Positions 46,535 to 56,448 of a stretch of DNA of 64,000 bases are shown here, in pieces (the first letter of the stretch is position 1; each line of letters opens with the position of its first letter). Origin of the DNA: Candidatus Latescibacterota bacterium (GTDB lineage: Bacteria > Latescibacterota > UBA2968 > UBA8231); assembly GCA_965205655.1 (NCBI GenBank), contig CBDBIJ010000110.1, positions 46,623 to 110,622 of the forward strand. The letters run 5' to 3'. The position numbers were made by a program, and so were the translations under genes. The notes beneath the pieces are model-generated. The model made no database searches. It saw nothing but the letters and a program-made list of their open reading frames with translations, and had not been told where the DNA came from.

Positions 46535-49500
46535 TCACTTCACCTCCACCTTCGAATCCGCGGCGAGCGCAGCTTTGAGGATTCGTCCGGTATGGGACTG
46601 TTTGCGGCGCGCCACCTGCTCAGGCGTTCCGCATGCGACGACGGACCCGCCATCGTCACCACCCTCGGGACCGAGATCGATAACGTGGTCGCACGACTTG
46701 ATGACGTCGGGGTTGTGCTCCACTACGACGGCGGTATTTCCCGCGTCCACGAGGCGCTCGATAACCTCGAGCAATCGTTGAATGTCGGCGAAGTGCAGGC
46801 CCGTCGTTGGCTCGTCCATGATGTAAACGGTGTTACCGGTACCCGGTCTGGCCAGCTCAGCGGCCAGTTTGAGCCGCTGTGCCTCGCCACCCGACAGCGT
46901 GGTAGACGACTGGCCGAGGCTGATGTATCCCAGGCCGACATCTTCCATGACCTGCAGGCGCTGGCAGACGGCGTGGACGTTGGCGAAGAGCTCGATGTTT
47001 CGACTCACTGTCATTTCGAGGACGTCGGCGATGGAGCGTCCCTTGAAGCTGATCTGCAGCATATCGTTCGTGTAGCGCTGTCCCTGACAGGCATCGCAGC
47101 GGACCCACACATTGGGCAGGAAGTGCATTTCGATACACCTGAAGCCCAGTCCCTCGCAGGACTCGCAGCGGCCGCCGGCGCGGTTGAAGCTGAAACGCCC
47201 GGCGTTAAAGCCGCGCATCCTGGCCTCGGGTAGGCGAGCGAAAAGCTGGCGAATCAGGTCGAAGAGCCCCATGACCGTGGCGGGGGTGCTGCGCGGCGAG
47301 TGGCCGATCGGTGATTGATCGATGTTGATGACCTTGTCGACGTGCTCGATTCCGCGAATCTCGTCGCAGTCTCCGACGGAACGGGAGGAGTTGGGCGAGA
47401 GGCAGGCCGCGAGTCCGGCGTGAAGGATTTCCTCCACCAGCGAGCTCTTGCCCGAGCCGGACACACCGGTGACACAGACGATCATGCCGAGGGGAATCTG
47501 CACGTCCACGTTCTTGAGATTGTTCTGCCGGGCGCCGATGATAGTCAGGTGCTGTTCGTTGCCTTTCCGGCGACGACCAGGCACCGGGATAGTCAGCTTC
47601 CCGCGGAGATAGGCGACGGTCTTCGAATGGTGATTTCCCGCTTTCCGAGATTGCCTCAGCTTGCCGGGTGGGCCGCTGGCGACGACTCTGCCTCCCTCAG
47701 TGCCGGCGCCTGGTCCAAGATCGACCACATGGTCCGCCGCTTCGAGGGTGTCGCGGTCGTGCTCGACGACGACGACGGTGTTTCCGAGATCCCTCAACTG
47801 CTCCAACGCCCGCAGGAGCCTGGCGGTGTCTCGCGCATGGAGACCGATTGTGGGCTCGTCCAGGAGATAGAGTACCCCGGTCAGGCCCGAACCGATCTGA
47901 CCGGCCAGACGAATGCGCTGCGCTTCGCCCCCCGAGAGAGTGCCGGCTCGCCGTTCGAGCGAGATATACCCCAGCCCGACGCGATCGAGAAAACGCAGTC
48001 GCGTGCGGATCTCCTGCAGCAACTCGCCCGATACTTCGGCTTCGCGATCGTCGAGTTCGAGCGACTCGAAGAACTCGAGACTCTCATCGATCGGCCAGCG
48101 GAGGATGTCGACGATGGTTGCATCACGCAGCTGCACGGCCCGACTCTCCGGCTTGATGCGGCTGCCTTCACAGGCCGAGCACGGCACCTGGCGCAAGAGG
48201 CCCTTGTAGCGCGGCGCGCTGCGGGCGATTCCGTCCACCGTCGGCAGTAGGCCTCGATATCTGAAGCCGATGCCGTTGTCGAGCGACAGCGTGCGGTCGC
48301 CGGCTCCGTAAAGGAGATGACGTCGCCCTTCGGCCGAAAGTTCGGCGACTGGTGCGTCCAGGTCGAAGCCCAGTGCCTGCCCCGCCACCTCGATTGAACG
48401 GGCAAAGTCGCTGTCGTCGAGCGGTCCCCATAGCGCCACCGCTCCCTCTCGAATTGAGATGCGGAGGTCGGGGATGAGAGCATCCCGATCCAGCCCTTCG
48501 CCCGTCCCCAGGCCATCGCACACCGGACACATGCCCTGGTGATGATTGAAGGAGAAGCTCTGGGGCGTGAGTGGATCGAAACTGCGGGCGCATTCGGGGC
48601 AGGAGAAACGGCGGCTCAAGCGCTCCTCGCCATCTTCTCCCTCTGGGAGGGTGTCACCTGGAGCGCTGAGGATGACGAGCTCGCCTCCAGAGAGCTCCAG
48701 GGCCCGCTCCACACCCTCGGTCAGGCGAGATCTGTCCCTGGCGCGTACCGCGAGTCGATCGACGATGAGCTCGACATGGTGGCGGTGTCTGCGTTCGAGC
48801 TCGATGCGCTTCTGCAGCTCGTGAATCTCGCCGTCGATGCGGACACGGGCGAAACCGTCACGCTTGGCGCGGGCGAGCAGTGTTTCGTAGCCCCCGTTGC
48901 GCCCCGGTTCGAGGGGTGCGAGCAGGTATATGCGGCTGCCCTCGGGCATGCGGAGAATGCGATTGACCATCTGTTCGGCTGTCTGCGAACCGACTGCTAC
49001 GGAGCAGCGCGGGCAGTATTGCGCGCCGATTGTGGCGTAGAGAGCACGGACATAGTCGTACACCTCTGTGACGGTGCCCACCGTTGAACGAGGGTTTCTG
49101 CTCGGGGCCTTCTGCTCGATCGCGATGGCCGGCGATAGACCTGTGATGCGCTCCACTTTTGGCTTTTGCATCTGATCGAGAAACTGGCGCGCGTAGGCGG
49201 ACAGCGACTCCACGTAGCGACGCTGCCCTTCGGCATAGATGGTATCGAAGGCGAGGGACGACTTGCCTGAGCCACTCACTCCCGAGACAACCGTCATCTT
49301 GTCCCGCGGGATGCTGACGTCAACATTGCGCAGATTGTGCATGCTGGCGCCGACGACCTCTATGTTGCGAATCCAGCTGTCGCCGCTGCGACTACCGCGG
49401 CGGCGACCATTCGTCCGCTTTCTGGAGGATGCGTTGCGCCGTCGCCTCGACTGTCCGAGAACGTCCTTCAGGATCATCCCGGTGTGCGATTCCTTCACCT

Positions 49501-52267
49501 GCGCGACCTGCTCCGGCGATCCCGCGGCCACGATGCGCCCACCGATCTCCCCTCCCTCCGGACCCATATCGATGATGTAGTCGGCTGTCTTGATGACCTC
49601 CATGTTGTGCTCGATGACGACGACCGTATTCCCCTGCTCCGCGAAGGTGTGGAGGATGCGCAGCAGCTTGTCGATGTCGGCGAAGTGGAGGCCGGTGGTG
49701 GGCTCGTCGAGAATGTAGAGCGTGCGACCGGTGCTCCTGCGACACAGCTCCTTGGCGAGCTTGACGCGTTGCGCCTCGCCCCCGGAGAGGGTCGGAGCGG
49801 GCTGGCCCAGTTTGATGTAGCCGAGGCCCACGTCGTGCAGCGTCTGCAGGATGCGCTTGATGTGAGGGATGTTGGCGAACAAGTCGACCGCCACCTCCAC
49901 CTCCATGTCGAGGACATCGGCGACGGAGTAGCCCTTGTATCTTATTGTCAGAGTCTCGCGGTTGAAGCGACGGCCCTCGCACGCCTCGCAGGTTACCCAC
50001 ACGTCCGAGAGGAACTCCATCTCTACCAGGTTGGCTCCGTTGCCGTCGCATGCCTCGCAGCGACCGCCGCGCACGTTGAAGCTGAAGCGACCCTGTTTGT
50101 AGCCGCGGACTTTCGAGTCGGGCAGTTGAGCGAAGAGCTGTCGGATGGGTGTGAGGGCGTCCGTGTATGTCGCCGGGTTCGATCGCGGCGTGCGCCCGAT
50201 CGGCCTCTGGTCGATGCGGATCACCTTGTCGAGGTGCTCCACCCCTTTGATGGCATCGTGGTGTCCGGGCTCGGTCTGGGCCCGGTGAAGGGTGTTGTCC
50301 AGGGACTTGAAGACGATGTCGTTGACGAGCGAGCTCTTGCCGGAGCCCGAAACGCCGGTCACACAGGTAAACAGACCGAGGGGGAACTTCACCTCGATAT
50401 CGTCGAGGTTGTTGTGACTCGCGCCGACGACGGTGAGCCATTTATCATTCGGATTGCGACGTTGTGCCGGCACCGGATCTGCTCGGCTCCGGAGAGATAG
50501 CCTGCCGTGACCGACTCGGCGCAGGCGGTGACCGCCTCGGGAGTACCGCTGACGACGAGCTCGCCGCCTCGCTCGCCGGCACCGGGACCGAAATCGACGA
50601 GCAGATCGGACTGGCGCATGGTGTCCTCGTCGTGCTCGACGATGACGACGGTATTGCCGACGTCACGCAGTCGCTGCAGTGTGTCGAGGAGGCGGCGGTT
50701 GTCCCGATGGTGGAGACCGATGGAGGGCTCGTCCAGGATATACAACACCCCCACGAGGCCGGAACCGATCTGGCTCGCCAATCGAATGCGCTGCGACTCG
50801 CCGCCGGAGAGCGTGTGAGCGCCCCGGTCTAGGGTCAGGTAGCCCAGACCGATATCCACGAGGAGATCGAGGCGTCCGCGTATCTCCTTGAGGGCGTCTT
50901 CGGCGATGATGGCCTTCGTATCGTTCAATTGCAGACACTGGAAGAAATCGCGCGTCTGGTCGATTGGCAGGGCGGCGAGCTCCGGGAGGTTGTGTCCCCC
51001 GATGAGCACGGACATGGCCTCCGGGCGAAGGCGCCCACCCTGGCAGGTATGACAGATCTCAGAGCTTGCGTACGCGCTCAGCTCCCGGCGGGCGCGGGGA
51101 TTGTCGCTGTGAAAGCGCTCCTCCACCCATGCAAGGGCGCCGTCGTATCGATCCTTGTGCGACCAGGTGCCGTTCTGTCCCTTGTAGAAGAACTCGAGCT
51201 TTTCATCGCCGAGGCCGTGAAGGAACCCGTTCTTCTGGGCGCGGCTGAGGCGGCGCCACGGAGTTTCGAGGTCGAATCCCAGGTGTTTGGCGGCACCTTC
51301 GTAGAGGTGCATGCGCCAGCGATTGCTCGTGATGTCGCCCAGCGATTCCACGGCGCCGTCGAGGATCGACTTGCCCGGGTCGGGAATCATCAGCCGTTCG
51401 CTCATGACGACCTTCGAGCCGAGGCCGCCGCACCCTGAGCACATTCCCTGCGGGTTGTTGAAGGAGAACATCTGCGGCGTCGGCTCCTGATAGGAGATAC
51501 CGCAGTTGGGACAGTCGAAGTTGGCGCTCAGAAGCCGATCCTCGCCGCCCTCCATTGACACCACGAGCGTGCCGTCGCCGATGCGCAGGGGCGCCGTCCA
51601 CGGCTTCGCCGAGCCGGCTGCCGATGTCGCCGCTCACGACGAGGCGGTCTATGACCAGATCGATGTTGTGGCGGCTGTAGCGATCGAATTCGGGCGCCTC
51701 TTCGATGTTGACGATCTGGCCATCCACCCGCACTCGCAGGTAGCCGTCCTTCTGAAGCTGCTCGAACAGCTCGTGATACTCCCCCTTGCGCTCCTGCACG
51801 AGGGGTGCCAGCACGTGAATGCGGCTGCCCTCGGGCAGCGACGCGATGCGACCGGCGATCTCGTCGCGAGTCTGGGCTCCGATCTGGGAGCCGCACTCCA
51901 CGCAATGGGGCGTGCCGCAGCGAGCGAACAGGACGCGGAGATAGTCGTGCACCTCCGTGATCGTCCCCACGGTGGAGCGGGGGTTTGCGCCACCCGATTT
52001 CTGCGAGATGGAGATCGTCGGGGCCAGACCGGTGATTTGATCGACGTCCGGCTTTTCCATCTGCCCCAGAAACTGGCGCGCGTAGGCCGACAGGGAGGCG
52101 ACATATCGCCGCTGGCCCTCGGCATAGAGCGTGTCGAAGGCCATAGAAGACTTGCCCGACCCGCTCACCCCCGTGAAGCAGATGAGCCGGTTTTTGGGCA
52201 GCTCGATATCCACGTTCTTGAGGTTGTGGACGCGTGCGCCCCTGACGAGGATGTTGCCGGTTTCCAT
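46535..52267 (-). CDS. uvrA: Double-length excinuclease ABC subunit A (two fused UvrA units, ~1900 aa), split by two 1-nt indels near 51590 and 50475
   Basis: Four GVSGSGKSS Walker A motifs, four LSGGE signatures and two [19 protein letters not shown] segments across ORFs 51203-52267, 50389-51564 and 46535-50473. Confidence 0.92.
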
Positions 52268-52276
52268 TTAAGAATC

Positions 52277-52316
52277 GAGGGAGAGAGGGCGGCGACGAGG
52301 GAGAGAGGGCGGCGAC
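52277..52316. repeat. Perfect 20-bp tandem duplication GAGGGAGAGAGGGCGGCGAC x2 in the uvrA leader
   Basis: 52277-52296 is identical to 52297-52316. Confidence 0.9.
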
Positions 52317-52458
52317 TTGGGGTCGCGGGGAAAGCCGAATTTTTGAATGTATTGCGCCGTGAAGACCGGAGCAAGACTGAAACTCGCGCGATTGACCGGC
52401 GCGGCGGCCCCCGCTACTATGGCTGCGGCCGGAGCAGCCAGAGGATAAACGAGCTGAG

Positions 52459-53281
52459 ATGATCAATCTGGGCGTCAATACGGTGCTGTTCGCCGGGTTC
52501 GACCTCGAGATCGCGATGGAACAGATCGCCTGGGCGGGCTACGACGGCGTAGAGCTGTCTGCCATCCAGGGGATGTGTGAACATCTCGATCTGGATGAGC
52601 ACGACAGCCAGATCGCCGACATCAAGGGCCTGGCGGAGCGCTTCGAGTTGGAGCTTCTGGCCATGGAGGTGGCGTCGCTGGATGAAGCGCGACTGGCGAA
52701 GGCCTTCGAGGCAGCCTCGAAGCTCGCCATCCCGATCGTCAATGTTTGCCCGGGTGGAACGAGCGGCGATGAGCGGGAGTTCGAACGTCAGATGGAGGTG
52801 TTGCAGGCGATGGCCGAGCGAGCCGAGTCCTATGGCGTCACCCCTGTGCGCCAAGGCACATGTGGGCCAGTGCATTCACGACACGCCGACGACCCTCGCG
52901 GCGATGGAGCGAATCGCCTCGAAGGGGTTCGGCGTGGACATGGACCCGAGTCATATCTACCGCGCCAGCGGCGGAGAGGACCCGGCTGAGGCGCTGCAAG
53001 CGGTCATTTCGCGGGTGTGCGGCACGTCCATATTTCGCGACTGCCGCGAGGATCTTCGCGCCACTGGGGGCGGGCCTGGCGCCCCCGAAGACCAAACCTG
53101 TGGCCGCGGCGGCATCGACCTGAAAGCCTACGTGAGGGTGTTGAATGAATCGGGACTCGACGTGGCGGCCAACTTGGAGATCATAGGAGCGCGAGACTAC
53201 GAGCTCTCGAAAGTGATGGCGATTGCCGCCGAGAGCAGAGGCTACCTCAACGCCTGCCTGAAGGCGTGCGACGCACGCTGA
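52459..53281 (+). CDS. Sugar phosphate isomerase/epimerase (xylose-isomerase-like TIM barrel), frameshifted near 52842
   Basis: AGYDGVEL, GVT(L)CAKAH, GVDMDPSH, Q.CGRG.IDL, NLEIIG. Split over ORFs 52459-52989 and 52577-53281. Confidence 0.8.
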
Positions 53282-53287
53282 CTCCTC

Positions 53288-53881
53288 GTGCTCAGGGCCT
53301 TTGTCGCCATCGAGATACCCTCTGCCCTACGCCGTTCTCTCCATGACACGTCCCTGGAGATCGGCTCTAAATGGGCCGACAACGCCGTGCGTTGGGTCCC
53401 GCCCGAGAACATCCATCTCACACTTCGATTTCTTGGAGACACGAAAGAGGGGCAGGTAGCGGCGCTGCGGTCGGGACTGGACGAGATCGCCGACGACGAG
53501 AGTCCCTTTGCTCTTCAGCTCGACCACACGGGAGCATTCCCGAACCTGCGACGTCCGCGGGTCATCTGGGTCGGGCTCGTCGATGCGGAAGAGCGGCTGC
53601 CACCGCTTCAAAGGCTGGTGGAACGCCTGGTGAGATCTCTGGGCTGGGAGCGCGAGCGCGGCAAGACGAAATACTCGCCGCACGTCACTCTGGGGCGGGT
53701 CAGACCCAGGTCACGGCCACCGGGAGAAGAATGGTTCACGCGGCCACCGGCGTCGCGTTTCACCGTGGAAGGACTCAGCCTCCTCCGAAGCGAATTGAGG
53801 CAGAGCGGCGCTAAGTACAGCGTGCTACACCGCGCTGAATTTCACTCACGGGGTCTGAAAAGTGCGAACGAGCTCGTGTAA
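53288..53881 (+). CDS. thpR: RNA 2',3'-cyclic phosphodiesterase (2H family)
   Basis: RAFVAI, HLTLRFLG, PRVIWVG, PHVTLGR. Confidence 0.93.
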   Translation: MLRAFVAIEIPSALRRSLHDTSLEIGSKWADNAVRWVPPENIHLTLRFLGDTKEGQVAALRSGLDEIADDESPFALQLDHTGAFPNLRRPRVIWVGLVDAEERLPPLQRLVERLVRSLGWERERGKTKYSPHVTLGRVRPRSRPPGEEWFTRPPASRFTVEGLSLLRSELRQSGAKYSVLHRAEFHSRGLKSANELV

Positions 53882-55038
53882 CCGTGGAGATAGGTCGATC
53901 CTCCAACCTGACCGAACTCGCCCCCACAAAAAAAACCGCCGATCGGGACCTCGCCGATGTGGTCGGTAAACTTCCCGGAGTCGTGATTGGGCATTCCGAA
54001 GAGGTTCCGTCCGCGGCCGGTGCAAGTGAACAGCAGCGCGCCGGCGGTCGCCGCTGCCGGTGAGTTATCGCGATATCGTCGCAGCATGAGGTCGAGGTCC
54101 TCTGCAGCGGCATGTCCGTCTCTGAGGTGGAACTGGACAGTCTGGCCCGGGCGCAGCATGTCGCCCACGGCGATGATGTTGTTTTGCTGGTCAAGCCTCA
54201 TGACGTTGCGGATGAGAAAATCCCCGCGCCCGAGCTCTTCCTTCAACTCGGTCGAGGCAATGCCGATGTGAGGAGCGCGCTTGAAGAGCTCCTGATCCTC
54301 GGCCTCGAGGGAGTGATAGAGCTCCACGAGCACCTCGACGGCCGGGCGATCGTCGAGCTCGGTGAGGTAATAGCCGCTACAGCCGGTGACCGCCAGGGGC
54401 TCTCCGATCGGGCGGCACCCCTGGGCCACGACTGTGTCCACGGCGATGTTTCCTGAGAGGGCGACGCCGACACAGCCGGAAGTGAACACCTCGGAGTCGA
54501 GCAGCAGGAAGTTCCCCTCCATGACCGACGCGAGGCCGCCGATTTTGGCGGAGGGGGGGTAGGCGAAATCGAGGCCCATCAGAAGAGGGCGAGGGTCGAA
54601 GGCGGCGGCACCGCCTGGATCGGCCAGCAGCATGAAATGGGGCGTCGGACTGGCCGGAACGCCCATGAGTTCGATCCAGTTCTCAGGGCCGGTGTCGAGA
54701 TCGGGCAAATCGCCGGCTTCGATGCGCAGGGGGCGGGCCTCGACTCCGGGCAGACTCGCCGCGATCATCGAGAAGGCCGGCCCGTCTTCCACTTCGCGAC
54801 CCCCGCCGATGACGCCCGATGCCGTGCAGCCGACAAACGTCCCCGGAGACAAGTGGTCGGCCACCAGCTGCGGAAGCTTGCCGAGGCCATCGACGTAGTC
54901 GGCGGTAAGAAAGGCGAATACGAGGTCGGCGCGATTCTGTCCCAGTTGCTGGGACAGGTCGCGCTTCAGCTCCGCCATCGCGGCGGTTACATTTACCTCG
55001 GAGGACAGGGCTGAGGCCCATAGCATCTGAGTTCCCAC
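53842..55038 (-). CDS. FIST signal-transduction domain protein
   Basis: GCTASGVIG, IGGLAS, VAQGCRPIG, QFHLRD, LFTC.GRG..LF, GFFC.GE.G, LHGYTS. Start may be 55026. Confidence 0.92.
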   Translation of the reverse strand: MGTQMLWASALSSEVNVTAAMAELKRDLSQQLGQNRADLVFAFLTADYVDGLGKLPQLVADHLSPGTFVGCTASGVIGGGREVEDGPAFSMIAASLPGVEARPLRIEAGDLPDLDTGPENWIELMGVPASPTPHFMLLADPGGAAAFDPRPLLMGLDFAYPPSAKIGGLASVMEGNFLLLDSEVFTSGCVGVALSGNIAVDTVVAQGCRPIGEPLAVTGCSGYYLTELDDRPAVEVLVELYHSLEAEDQELFKRAPHIGIASTELKEELGRGDFLIRNVMRLDQQNNIIAVGDMLRPGQTVQFHLRDGHAAAEDLDLMLRRYRDNSPAAATAGALLFTCTGRGRNLFGMPNHDSGKFTDHIGEVPIGGFFCGGEFGQVGGSTYLHGYTSSFALFRPRE

Positions 55039-55187
55039 TTACATTACCCTATCGGCCTTACGCTATCGACTTCACTCTAGTCTGAATATACGGTTTTCAC
55101 CCGCGACATTGTGTCGCGCTGTCGCGCCGACACTCTTGTCGCGCGGCGACTTACGTCTCGGCCGGCGACTCGAAAGGGGACGCACTC

Positions 55188-55580
55188 ATGCTCTACAAGG
55201 GCTTCTCCAGGACAATCCTCGTGATCGGTGACAATCCGATCGGAAGGAAGACGATCAGTCGAAACCTGGAATACTACGAATACGAAGTCCTGGAGGGCAC
55301 CCGCGCGGAAGGCCTCGAGCTCTTCGGCGACCGTCACTACGACGTCGGTCTGGTGATCCTGGATGTGAAGGCGGGTGACTCGCCTGATGAGACGCTGACC
55401 GCGCTGCGAGAGATAAACCCCGATGTTCAGATTGCGCTCTGCGCTGAGTTGACGCCGACGGAGAGAAAGGGGGGTCTGCAGGGAGTCGCGGGGATCGTCC
55501 GCAAACCGGTGCAAATGAACAGGCTCCTCGCCGTCGTGCGCTCGGTTTTGAAGGAGGACGACGGCGATCAGGTTTCTTGA
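55188..55580 (+). CDS. Stand-alone receiver (REC) domain protein, partly degenerate
   Basis: ILVIGD, LVILD, IVRKP pattern of the CheY fold. Confidence 0.75.
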   Translation: MLYKGFSRTILVIGDNPIGRKTISRNLEYYEYEVLEGTRAEGLELFGDRHYDVGLVILDVKAGDSPDETLTALREINPDVQIALCAELTPTERKGGLQGVAGIVRKPVQMNRLLAVVRSVLKEDDGDQVS

Positions 55581-55614
55581 GATCGCACCGCACGTGCCGG
55601 AGAAAGGTAGAGCG

Positions 55615-55956
55615 ATGGAACGAGTGGCATTCGTGATGGAAGTGAAAGAGGGGGAGGAGCGGGAGTACGTCCGGCGGCACGATGAGATCTGGCCCGAGAT
55701 TCTCGTCGATATAGAGAAGGCCGGCATCCATCAGATGAACATCTTCATGCACGGTCGCCAGCTCTTCCTCTACATGGAAGTAGAGGATTATCGGAAGGCC
55801 GCGCGCATCCTCGAAGCGAGCCCCGGTTCGGTGCGCTGGGAAGAGTACATGGCTCCCATCATGCGAGACGCCTCGGGCGAAGCATACGATCCCGACAATC
55901 CGTATCCCGACGGGCTGCCCGAGGTGTTCGCCTGGCGCCGCGGCGAAATGGCGTGA
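55615..55956 (+). CDS. rhaM: L-rhamnose mutarotase family
   Basis: R.AF.M..K.G...EY.RRHDEIWPE, GI..M.IF, LFLY.E, W..YM, LPEVF. Confidence 0.85.
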   Translation: MERVAFVMEVKEGEEREYVRRHDEIWPEILVDIEKAGIHQMNIFMHGRQLFLYMEVEDYRKAARILEASPGSVRWEEYMAPIMRDASGEAYDPDNPYPDGLPEVFAWRRGEMA

Positions 55957-56065
55957 TGAGCGATAGTGGTCCGAGTTGGGCTCCGCCTTCCGTATGGCTA
56001 AATTTCAGATGGCCATGACGATCCCATGACCGGGCGCCCGTACGAACGAGACTGAGGAGACAGCG

Positions 56066-56428
56066 ATGGTGGACGCCGAGAGCTTGAACGAACCCGAGGA
56101 GAGGGACGATTGTGAGATTCGGAATGAGCCCGAGGGGCGTGACGCCGAAAGTCCCCACGGGGAATCGCGCCGGGACTTTATCAAGAAGCTCCCCTATATC
56201 GCTCCGGCGATCGAGACATTCTTTCTGAGCGAAACGGCGTACGCGGGCGGCAGCAGCGACAGTGAATCTGGTCAACCCAGCGGTCAACGGCAGCAGCGTC
56301 GCCGACGCATCTCACCGGTGCCGCCGGACAGGCAGAAGGGCCGGGATCGTGACGACAGGGACCGCGGAAGGGATGACCGCGGAGGCCGCGATAGGGACGA
56401 GGATAGGGGCAGGGGTCGTGACAGGTAG
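56066..56428 (+). CDS. Small hypothetical protein with an SRRDFIKKLPYIAPAI motif and an Arg/Asp-rich tail
   Basis: Strong SD GAGGAG. Low-complexity RD repeats. Confidence 0.6.
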   Translation: MVDAESLNEPEERDDCEIRNEPEGRDAESPHGESRRDFIKKLPYIAPAIETFFLSETAYAGGSSDSESGQPSGQRQQRRRRISPVPPDRQKGRDRDDRDRGRDDRGGRDRDEDRGRGRDR

Positions 56429-56448
56429 ATTCCCGAGATGGGCCGTTG

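Noticed and set aside
46535..52267. uvrA as a true pseudogene
   Set aside because: All catalytic motifs are intact, and both breaks are single-base indels in short runs consistent with read errors.
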